DNA from: Candidatus Falkowbacteria bacterium | GTDB lineage: Bacteria; Patescibacteriota; Patescibacteriia; UBA11705; JABHMO01 | Assembly: GCA_018665965.1 (NCBI GenBank) | Contig: JABJBF010000023.1 | Coordinates: 1 to 64,000, forward strand | Direction: 5' to 3' | Length of the DNA stretch: 64,000 nucleotides | In this document: positions 56,493-64,000 of the stretch, in pieces | How positions within the stretch are numbered: position 1 is the stretch's first letter | Layout of the letters: each line of letters opens with the position of its first letter | The notes under the pieces: generated by a model | Seen by the model: only the letters and a program-made list of their open reading frames with translations | Told to the model about the DNA's origin: nothing | The model's database searches: none | Program-made: the position numbers and the translations under genes

Positions 56493-56616
56493 AAAACATA
56501 ACGTCTGGATAAAAATTTATCTGGACGTTTTTTTGTTTTAAAAAATATGGTATAATTTCTCTAGGTGAAAATAAATTATTGGATATTTGGTATTGGATAT
56601 TAGATATTATTCATAT

Positions 56617-57114
56617 ATGGTCTCACTAGATTACATTTTATTAGGCTTGATCTTAGTTATTGGATTGCTGGGCTTCAAAAAAGGATTTCTAGAATCTCTC
56701 GGTTCTATTATTGGAATAATCGTAGCAGTTATTATTGCTAGTCGTTATTTTCCTGTAGTAGCTACTTGGTTTGGTGATTCGAATTTTTCTAAAGTGATAG
56801 CTTTTATCTTGATATTTTCCGTTTCTATAAAAATAGTCAGTTTAATGTTTTGGGTGTTTGGAAAGATTTTTAGAATTATTACTATACTGCCGTTTGTGTC
56901 AAGTTTTGATAAATTACTGGGATTAATTCTAGGTCTAGTTGAAGGAATCTTTGTTTTGTCAGTGATTTTACATTTCTTACTTAAATATCCGCTTAATGAT
57001 TGGTTATTATGGCAAATGTCAATTTCTAGCGTGGCGAGTGTGTTGTTAGTAATTGGTTCGGTATTTGTTCCATTGTTTCCCGAAGCTTTGAAGAGTATTA
57101 AATCGGCATTATAA
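56617..57114 (+). CDS. cvpA: CvpA-family membrane protein
   Basis: 'LDYILLGLILVIGLLGFKKGF' CvpA N-terminus; 4 TM. Confidence 0.6.
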   Translation: MVSLDYILLGLILVIGLLGFKKGFLESLGSIIGIIVAVIIASRYFPVVATWFGDSNFSKVIAFILIFSVSIKIVSLMFWVFGKIFRIITILPFVSSFDKLLGLILGLVEGIFVLSVILHFLLKYPLNDWLLWQMSISSVASVLLVIGSVFVPLFPEALKSIKSAL

Positions 57115-57189
57115 GAGGGCAAAATTAGATAACTTTAGAAAGTTCAAATAAAAAAAACGGGGTTCAGGTGCGAACCGCGTTTTGTATTT

Positions 57190-57498
57190 CTATCTTGTTT
57201 TGCAACCTGTTTTCTTCATCTCTGTAGTCATTGAATCGGTCGGTCTTGGGTTTCGGCCATTAAAGCGGGAGGAAATTTCCCCGATGTCTGGTCTAATAAT
57301 CGCTCGTTTCATTCGTTCTTCTCTAACTAGTTCAAGTTCTGCTTGATCCGAGAGTTGTTTTATTTCTGCTTTAGGCAGTGGCATGGCATGTTGGCAAGCA
57401 GGACAACGTAGAACAACTATGCCTTTCTGCATCAGTTTGTACTGTCCATGTTGAGCACACTCTGGACAAAAGTTCCCTTGTTCAAATATTTTGCTCAC
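57190..57498 (-). CDS. Zinc-ribbon protein, paralog A
   Basis: 'CPECAQHGQYKLMQKGIVVLRCPACQH' four-Cys ribbon. Confidence 0.4.
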   Translation of the reverse strand: MSKIFEQGNFCPECAQHGQYKLMQKGIVVLRCPACQHAMPLPKAEIKQLSDQAELELVREERMKRAIIRPDIGEISSRFNGRNPRPTDSMTTEMKKTGCKTR

Positions 57499-57524
57499 TG
57501 TTTACTCCTGAGCCATTGATGAGC

Positions 57525-57791
57525 TTATTTTGCACCACCGCGTGTGTTTGGTCTAGCAAAGAGTTCTTTTCCGTCCATTGATAAAGCACTACGAAAAGCA
57601 ATTTTACCACCATGCTCTGAACGTACTTGTTCACGAGCAAGTTTTTCCTTTATCTCTTCACTTTCCATGAAAACTATATCATGCCCTTTAGGACAACGCC
57701 AAAAAACTGATTTTTCCTCCATTAACGCATTGCATGTTCCTCCTTGCCCATTGGGCTGAGTGCAAAAACGGCCATCAGAGAATCTCGACAT
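57525..57791 (-). CDS. Zinc-ribbon protein, paralog B
   Basis: 'CTQPNGQGGTCNALMEEKSVFWRCPKGH'; same layout as paralog A. Confidence 0.4.
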   Translation of the reverse strand: MSRFSDGRFCTQPNGQGGTCNALMEEKSVFWRCPKGHDIVFMESEEIKEKLAREQVRSEHGGKIAFRSALSMDGKELFARPNTRGGAK

Positions 57792-58018
57792 TTGATCTCC
57801 TCACACTAAGAGTTTAAATGAACTAGCTGTACAAATACTTTTCTAAAATATCATTTATGGTTTTTGGTGTCAATGTGTACAATCTTGATTTCAATAGATT
57901 AGCAATTATTTCAAGTAATGTCAAGTCTCAAGGTGGCCTAGGAGAGACAGGAGCATGTAAAGATACCTGATTTGGGTCTCTTGTCTGACGGGTCTTTTTT
58001 GTGCTAATATATACACAT

Positions 58019-60997
58019 ATGAGTCTAATTTCTGAATCAAATGAACAACAAAAGCAAGCCATTATTCACGAAGATGGACCTCAGTTGATTGTGGCTGGAG
58101 CTGGTACGGGGAAGACTCGGGTTGTAACTGCCAGAATTGCATATTTGATTACTGAAAAAAATGCTAATGTTGATGAAGTATTAGCTTTAACTTTTACTGA
58201 AAAATCTGCGCAGGAAATGGAAGAGCGCGTGGATCAAATGCTTCCATATGGTTATGTTGATTTGTGGATTTCAACTTTTCATGCTTTTTGTGACAAAATT
58301 TTGAAACGGCATGCTCTGGATATTGGTTTGCCAAATAATTACAAACTCGTGGATGGGACGGAGGCCTGGCTCTTGGTGAGGAAAAATTTGGACAAGTTCA
58401 AATTAGAATATTATCAGCCGTTAGGTAATCCAACCAAGTTTATCCACGCACTGTTAAAGCATTTCTCTCGTTGCAAGGATGAAGGTATTTATCCTGAAAA
58501 TTATTTAAAATATGCACAGGAAATCAAGTTAAATGATGATGTTCACGATTTCGTAAACAAAATAGATTTCAGTAAGGTTGACGAAGCTAATCAAAAAGAA
58601 ATATTAAAACAAGAAATTCTTCGAATTGAGGAAATTGCCAATGCCTATCAGACTTATCAGCAAATTTTAATTGATAATGAGAGCTTGGATTTCGCTGATT
58701 TAATAAATTATACAATTCAATTATTTAAAAAGCGCCCATTAATTTTGGCTAAATATCGTCAACAGTTCAAACACATTTTGGTTGACGAGTTTCAGGATAC
58801 AAACTTTGTTCAATACGAGTTAATTAAACTTTTGGCCACACCCAAAAACAATATCACAGTTGTAGGAGATGATGATCAGAGCATTTACAAGTTTCGTGGA
58901 GCTTCGATTTCTAATATAATGCAGTTCAAAAAAGATTACCCAACGGCTAAAGAAGTTGTATTAATAGAAAACTATCGATCTACACAGGAAATTCTAGATT
59001 TAGCCTACAATTTTATTTTACAAAACAATCCATATCGATTGGAGGAAAAATTAGGTATTGATAAAAAATTAAAATCTAACGTTTCTGAAAAAGGCGAGGT
59101 TGTTCACTATCATTTGTCGTCTGTTGAGGAAGAGGCAAAGGCAGTAATTCAAAAAATAATAAAATTAAAACAAGATCAGCAAGCGGAGTGGTCAGATATA
59201 GCAATTTTAGTTAGGGCTAATGATAGCGCCAATATTTTTATTAATTATTTAGAACAAGCTCAAATTCCGTACCAATTCCTGGCTATGCGAGGGTTGTACA
59301 ATAAATCAGTTGTGGTTGATATTATTAATTATTTCAAGTTGCTGGATAATTATCATGAGAGCGCGGCAGTTTATCGAATTCTAAACTTGCCATTTCTAAA
59401 TATTGAGCCTGAACAAATTGTTAAATTGGTTCATTTAGCTAAGAGAAAATCAATATCTATATTCGAATCATTAAAGCAGGCTTCAACAGTTCCAGGCTTA
59501 ACTGAACAAACTTTGAAGTCAATTAACAATATTTTAGTTCAAGTTGAAAAAGATACTCAGTTAGCACAAAATAAAAAACCGACTGAAGTTTTATTAAGTT
59601 TTTTGTACGGCTCAGGTTATTTGGAGTATTTGAATGATTTGGAACCAGCAAAAGCAAAAGAAACGCTAGATTTTGTTCAACAATTTTTCAAGAAAATTCA
59701 AGAAGTGGAAATGTCGTATGAGGATCCGAGGCTTAGTGACTTAATGGAGCTTTTGAATATGGAAATGCAATCGGGCGAAAGTGGGAAATTGGCGTTTGAC
59801 GTGGAAACTGGTCCGGACATGGTGCGTATTATGACAATTCACAGTGCCAAGGGTTTAGAATTTGATTATGTGTTCGTTTCTTGTTTGGTTGATCGAAAAT
59901 TTCCGACCGATCAGCGTAAAGAGGTAATTGAAATTCCAGATTCTTTGATAAAAGAAGACTCCTCAGAAGGTGATTTTCATTTAGAGGAAGAACGGAGATT
60001 ATTTTATGTAGCAATGACCAGAGCAAAAAGGGGATTGTTCTTCACTTCAGCTGATGACTATGGTGGAGCACGAAAAAAGAAATTGTCTCGCTTTTTAACA
60101 GAATTAGGGTATAATAAACCTGAAGAATCTGGAAAAGCTGAGCCTACAGTTGAGCGAGTACAAAAGGATGACTCTAAGGCTTTTGAATATCAGCTACCGC
60201 GCAATTTTAGTTATTCACAAATGCAGACTTATGAAACTTGTCCTTTGAAGTACAAGTTTGCCAATGTTTTAAAAATTCCAACCTTTGGTAATCACTATTT
60301 TTCATTTGGTTCAACTATTCACAATACTTTACAAAAATTTTTGGAAGAATGTTTTACGGTTGGACTGCATACCCAACAAGATATATTTGCGGTAGGAGGG
60401 AGCGAGACAGGGATGTCTCGCGAACCAGCAAACCAAAATAGATTATTGTCGTTAGAAAGGTTATATGAAGTTTATAATGAAAACTGGCAGGATGATTGGT
60501 ATGTTAATGCAAAACAAAAAGAGGAGTATTTAGAAAAAGGCAAAGATTTATTAAAAAACTTCCACCAAGGTTTTGAAAAAAACAAACCAAAAGTTAAATT
60601 ATTGGAACAGTCGTTCCGATTGAAGATTGGGGAATACACCTTTGTTGGGCGTATTGACCGAGTGGATGAATTAGAAAAAGGGCAGTTTGAAATTATTGAT
60701 TACAAAACTGGGCAAGTTAAAGAAAAATTATCCACAGAGGACCGACGCCAGCTAATGTTCTATCAGATTGCAGCTGAAGAAGTTTTGAATATAAAGTTAG
60801 AAAAATTAACCTATTATTTTCTTGATGATGACAGCCAAGTCTCTTTTCTTGGCAACTCTAAAGACAAGGAAAAACTCAAACAAAGGTTTTTGGATAATAT
60901 TGAACAAATTAAAAAGCAAAATTTTGATCCTAAACCCAGTCAACACATTTGTGGGCATTGTGACTTTAAAGATATTTGTGAATTTCGAAAATTGTAA
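58019..60997 (+). CDS. UvrD/PcrA-type SF1 helicase fused to a C-terminal RecB/Cas4-like PD-(D/E)XK nuclease domain with Cys cluster
   Basis: Helicase motifs 'AGAGTGKT', 'ILVDEFQDTN', 'ENYRST', 'TIHSAKGLEFD'. Nuclease 'GRIDRVDE...EIIDYKTG' and terminal 'CGHCDFKDICEF'. Start chosen at the first ATG (the ORF track uses an upstream GTG). Confidence 0.75.
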   Translation: MSLISESNEQQKQAIIHEDGPQLIVAGAGTGKTRVVTARIAYLITEKNANVDEVLALTFTEKSAQEMEERVDQMLPYGYVDLWISTFHAFCDKILKRHALDIGLPNNYKLVDGTEAWLLVRKNLDKFKLEYYQPLGNPTKFIHALLKHFSRCKDEGIYPENYLKYAQEIKLNDDVHDFVNKIDFSKVDEANQKEILKQEILRIEEIANAYQTYQQILIDNESLDFADLINYTIQLFKKRPLILAKYRQQFKHILVDEFQDTNFVQYELIKLLATPKNNITVVGDDDQSIYKFRGASISNIMQFKKDYPTAKEVVLIENYRSTQEILDLAYNFILQNNPYRLEEKLGIDKKLKSNVSEKGEVVHYHLSSVEEEAKAVIQKIIKLKQDQQAEWSDIAILVRANDSANIFINYLEQAQIPYQFLAMRGLYNKSVVVDIINYFKLLDNYHESAAVYRILNLPFLNIEPEQIVKLVHLAKRKSISIFESLKQASTVPGLTEQTLKSINNILVQVEKDTQLAQNKKPTEVLLSFLYGSGYLEYLNDLEPAKAKETLDFVQQFFKKIQEVEMSYEDPRLSDLMELLNMEMQSGESGKLAFDVETGPDMVRIMTIHSAKGLEFDYVFVSCLVDRKFPTDQRKEVIEIPDSLIKEDSSEGDFHLEEERRLFYVAMTRAKRGLFFTSADDYGGARKKKLSRFLTELGYNKPEESGKAEPTVERVQKDDSKAFEYQLPRNFSYSQMQTYETCPLKYKFANVLKIPTFGNHYFSFGSTIHNTLQKFLEECFTVGLHTQQDIFAVGGSETGMSREPANQNRLLSLERLYEVYNENWQDDWYVNAKQKEEYLEKGKDLLKNFHQGFEKNKPKVKLLEQSFRLKIGEYTFVGRIDRVDELEKGQFEIIDYKTGQVKEKLSTEDRRQLMFYQIAAEEVLNIKLEKLTYYFLDDDSQVSFLGNSKDKEKLKQRFLDNIEQIKKQNFDPKPSQHICGHCDFKDICEFRKL

Positions 60998-61000
60998 AAC

Positions 61001-62113
61001 ATGAAAACATTAGAACAAATTCAGGAAAGTGCACTAAAGGTTGACTTTAATAGGGCTCAGCAACAACATTTTGACAAATTAATGTCTGAATTAGAAGTGA
61101 TTTCAGGTGGTTTAGGATTTGCTGATCTTAAAGCAAAGGCTGAGTTGGGTAGTAAAGAAGCACTTCAAATTATGCGGGATTACATTACAAAGAAAGAAAA
61201 AATTGTGGAGTTTATTGAAACCAAGCGAATGCCATATATAGACGCTGAAACTATGCGAAATATTTTAAATGAAGGCACAGCTGAAAAAGCCAAAGAAAAA
61301 TTACAAGTATTGTTATATACTTCAGCCTTTGATAAGCAAAAGCAAATGTTAACCCAAAAACTTGGTGGGGTAGGTAATGCAGTGACCCATAGGAATTGTG
61401 TTCTTCTTGAATTGGCAGGCCAATTGACAGGTGACATACAAACTTCAATAACACAGCCGTGGGAAAGTAAAATGTATAACCGAGAAAACAGGCTATATAA
61501 TTGTGCCGATCTGAGTCTTGGGGTTGAAGAGTATGATGCTGAAGGGCAATTTTTGAGTATTTTGATGGTTTTGATCCAGCCCAAAAATGATCTTGCTGAT
61601 ACTGCTGGTCAGCGCTTGTCAGATTTAAAGAAACTTAAGTTTTATATGGAAGAGTTTGATTCATGGTTTACTAGTGTGACCCCAGATACAACTCAAAATA
61701 AAACATTAAACTTTACTGATTTAAGTTTGTATTCTAAAGATCAACTTTTGTATCAATTAGTAAACTTTTTTCTTGGTCAGGAAGAAGAAGCTCGACAGGG
61801 ATTTGGAAATCTTAAACAGGAATATTATGATCCAAAACTTGGTTGGAAACAGTCTAATTACCATCATCACGATGAAGAGGTAGAGAGAACTTCAACTGAT
61901 CAACTAATGGGTATCATGGCTGAAGCCATTTTGGGTAGTCCCTATGAGGCAAAAGAAAAATGGCAGGAATTAAAAAAAGACCCACGTTGGGTTGAGCCTG
62001 AGTCTGGTTGTTGGCGAGCTACAGAGAACAGTGTAAAAGGTTATAATACTTCGGATGAGTTAATGGATATTATTTTAACTGCGATTTTCGAGAAATTAAA
62101 AATAAAAAATTAA
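61001..62113 (+). CDS. Paralog-family protein (conserved N-terminal domain; C-terminal domain of the 4191/62877 subfamily)
   Basis: 'VDFNRAQQQHFDKLMSELEVISGGLGFADLKAKAELGSKEALQIMRDYITKKEKIVEFIETKRM'. C-terminal '...VNFFLGQEEEARQGF...LMDIILTAIFEKLKI'. Confidence 0.65.
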   Translation: MKTLEQIQESALKVDFNRAQQQHFDKLMSELEVISGGLGFADLKAKAELGSKEALQIMRDYITKKEKIVEFIETKRMPYIDAETMRNILNEGTAEKAKEKLQVLLYTSAFDKQKQMLTQKLGGVGNAVTHRNCVLLELAGQLTGDIQTSITQPWESKMYNRENRLYNCADLSLGVEEYDAEGQFLSILMVLIQPKNDLADTAGQRLSDLKKLKFYMEEFDSWFTSVTPDTTQNKTLNFTDLSLYSKDQLLYQLVNFFLGQEEEARQGFGNLKQEYYDPKLGWKQSNYHHHDEEVERTSTDQLMGIMAEAILGSPYEAKEKWQELKKDPRWVEPESGCWRATENSVKGYNTSDELMDIILTAIFEKLKIKN

Positions 62114-62123
62114 CTATTATAAA

Positions 62124-62855
62124 ATGAAATCACTAGAGCAAATACAAGAACGCGCACTTCATGCTAGCTTCACCGAAGTTCAGCAACGTCATTTTGATAA
62201 ATTAATGTCTGAGTTGGAAGTAATCTCAGATGGTTTTGGGTTTGCTGAGCTTAAGGCAAAGGCAGAAGCAGGGGATAAAGAGGCGCTTCAAGTAATGCGT
62301 GATTATATCGCTAAGAAAGAAAAGATTGTTGAATTCATTGAAACTAAAGAAATACCTTTAGGGACTAATTTAGAGTGGAAGTCATATTTTATTGGTGTTG
62401 GTGATGAGGGGATGGTTTGGCATCCAGGTAAACCATACCATGGGAAGATGTGTGAAGTTGAAGAAGTTACCCAAGAGGATAGTCGTGGATTACTCTATAA
62501 AGTAAAAATGCTTGACAATACTCCGCTTTGGCTTTTTTCAGATCAATTAATTAAGACTGATCATGTTCAACAAGTTTTGAACGGTTTTATCACTACGTTG
62601 GCTGTTAAGTCGATTTTTGGATTAGAATTGCATAAACATTATCAACTTGATAAGAGTAAGAGGAATCCAGAAAACATTGTCGGTAGTCGATTGCAATCTT
62701 TGCTTGATAAAGAAGAAGTCACATCAATAAGCATAACAGCAGTCGAGCATATTAATAATGAGCCTGAGCAAGTAAGGGTACATGTCGAAGCAGAATTACA
62801 GACTGGGGAGCTATCTTCAAGAAAACATAATTATATGCTATATTTTCCTGAATAA
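62124..62855 (+). CDS. Paralog-family protein (conserved N-terminal domain, with GG replaced by DG; unique C-terminal domain)
   Basis: 'HASFTEVQQRHFDKLMSELEVISDGFGFAELKAKAEAGDKEALQVMRDYIAKKEKIVEFIETKEI'. Confidence 0.65.
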   Translation: MKSLEQIQERALHASFTEVQQRHFDKLMSELEVISDGFGFAELKAKAEAGDKEALQVMRDYIAKKEKIVEFIETKEIPLGTNLEWKSYFIGVGDEGMVWHPGKPYHGKMCEVEEVTQEDSRGLLYKVKMLDNTPLWLFSDQLIKTDHVQQVLNGFITTLAVKSIFGLELHKHYQLDKSKRNPENIVGSRLQSLLDKEEVTSISITAVEHINNEPEQVRVHVEAELQTGELSSRKHNYMLYFPE

Positions 62856-62876
62856 ATTGAATTATAAAGTTGGTTT

Positions 62877-63968
62877 ATGAAAATTGAATCCGAATTACAA
62901 GAAAAAGCACTCCACGCTAGCTTCACTGAAGTTCAGCAACGTCATTTTGATAAATTAATGTCTGAGTTAGAAGTGATTTCAGGCGGTTTAGGTTTTGCTG
63001 AGCTTAAGGCGAAGGCGGAAGCGGGAAGTAAGGAGGCACTTCAGGTAATGCGGGACTATATAACAAAAAAAGAACAAATCGTTAATTTTATTGAAACTAA
63101 GGAATTTTTTCCGTTGATGAAGCCAAATGAATTATTAGAAAAGCTACGAAGCGGGCCATCAGAGGAAGTCAAAGAAAATACAGGTAGGTTATTTAAAACA
63201 ACGGCTTATGGCGATACCGGATTATGGGATGATTTCGTTGAATCTGAATCAGGTGTCAGTCGGGTAACTTCAGCTACACAGTTTTTATCTGCAATTAATA
63301 TGAATTTAATTAAGCCGCAAGAGCGTTTTACGGATAGCTTTCTGCACTTAATTGATATTAGGTGCAAGAGTGATGGTTTATATAAACATAGATTTGATGG
63401 ACCAGAAAATTTTTATTGTAATTCACAGCTTTATGGCGTCCTGGCATTTGTGTTTGATGGACAGATGGCAAGAGCTAAGGATTTTTATAGTGAGATACAG
63501 CAAAGCGAGTTATATGACGTTGAGGCAGAAGTTTGGATGAATAGAGTAGGTGAATTTGGTGAAGATTCAAGTCAAATGACTGAAAACTATTTACTTCAAG
63601 TTATAGTTGAATATTTTTTAGGTAATCAAGAAAAAGCTGAGCAGGTTTATCGTGACTTGAAAAAAGTCAGTTACCAAGAAGCGGAGGGTATGTGGAATGA
63701 TCAATTGTCAGATGAGGCTGATTCCTACGTATCAAGGGTGCAGCTTCTAGGAAGCTTGGCCCATGGGTTAGTTGAAGATCCAGACGAGGGTGAAATAGAT
63801 TGGTGTCGGATGAAGAATACTGATTTGTGGGATAAGAAAAAGAAAATGTGGCGTTATATGGAAAAAGATGAAGGTGTAGATAAGGACATTGATATTCATA
63901 CCCGAGATCAATTTTTGGAGAATATTTTAGTGGCAGTGTTTAAGAAGCTGAATTACATTGAAACATAA
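62877..63968 (+). CDS. Paralog-family protein (conserved N-terminal domain; C-terminal domain of the 4191/61001 subfamily)
   Basis: 'HASFTEVQQRHFDKLMSELEVISGGLGFAELKAKAEAGSKEALQVMRDYITKKEQIVNFIETKEF'. C-terminal '...VEYFLGNQEKAEQVY...FLENILVAVFKKLNYIET'. Confidence 0.65.
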   Translation: MKIESELQEKALHASFTEVQQRHFDKLMSELEVISGGLGFAELKAKAEAGSKEALQVMRDYITKKEQIVNFIETKEFFPLMKPNELLEKLRSGPSEEVKENTGRLFKTTAYGDTGLWDDFVESESGVSRVTSATQFLSAINMNLIKPQERFTDSFLHLIDIRCKSDGLYKHRFDGPENFYCNSQLYGVLAFVFDGQMARAKDFYSEIQQSELYDVEAEVWMNRVGEFGEDSSQMTENYLLQVIVEYFLGNQEKAEQVYRDLKKVSYQEAEGMWNDQLSDEADSYVSRVQLLGSLAHGLVEDPDEGEIDWCRMKNTDLWDKKKKMWRYMEKDEGVDKDIDIHTRDQFLENILVAVFKKLNYIET

Positions 63969-64000
63969 AAACATCAGAACATTTACTGTAATTGCTTTAA

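Overview
Low-GC bacterial chromosome segment, by eye about mid-30s %GC, with the compact gene content typical of CPR/Patescibacteria-like genomes. Housekeeping core, almost all on the + strand: murF; pgk-eno followed by two tandem 2,3-bisphosphoglycerate-independent phosphoglycerate mutase genes; fpg, uppP, manC-like, mltG, rsmI, metG, tatD; a complete F1Fo ATP synthase operon (atpI-like, atpBEFHAGDC); a 4-subunit group-3b-like [NiFe]-hydrogenase operon interrupted by a PLP-dependent enzyme gene and a four-helix-bundle gene; an SOS-type cluster (lexA, SRAP-like peptidase, dinB); and a UvrD-type helicase fused to a RecB/Cas4-like nuclease. Three things stand out. (1) A ~7 kb visibly GC-richer island (about 6.6-13.8 kb) lies next to a tRNA-Glu that is flanked by partial copies of both of its own ends. 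The island encodes a Zn-ribbon protein, an SF2 helicase, a YhaM-like OB-fold/HD nuclease and a ~970-aa protein with clear similarity to eukaryotic major vault protein (MVP repeats, shoulder/SPFH-like domain and cap-helix coiled coil), i.e. a candidate bacterial vault locus. (2) A seven-member paralogous protein family sits in two clusters at the window edges (1-5.3 kb and 61-64 kb). Members share a near-identical ~85-aa N-terminal domain containing a double-glycine 'LMSELEVISGG' motif, also conserved at DNA level, fused to diverse C-terminal domains; this is a polymorphic-toxin-like or secreted-effector-like architecture. (3) A tandem array of four minus-strand lipoprotein genes (25.2-30.9 kb) has beta-propeller and coiled-coil regions, a shared ~60-aa domain and duplicated promoter/terminator modules. 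Smaller observations: a pair of GTTC-N7-GTTC LexA-box-like operators overlapping a promoter upstream of lexA; an unannotated 28-aa metallothionein-like peptide; a 45-bp repeat family that ends at ATG codons; 9-bp tandem repeats in a divergent promoter region; beta-carbonic-anhydrase-like paralogs, one with an acidic repetitive tail; an orphan DNA methyltransferase; and a ~600-bp noncoding region with a strong Shine-Dalgarno sequence and a minus-strand terminator. No CRISPR array or rRNA gene was seen.
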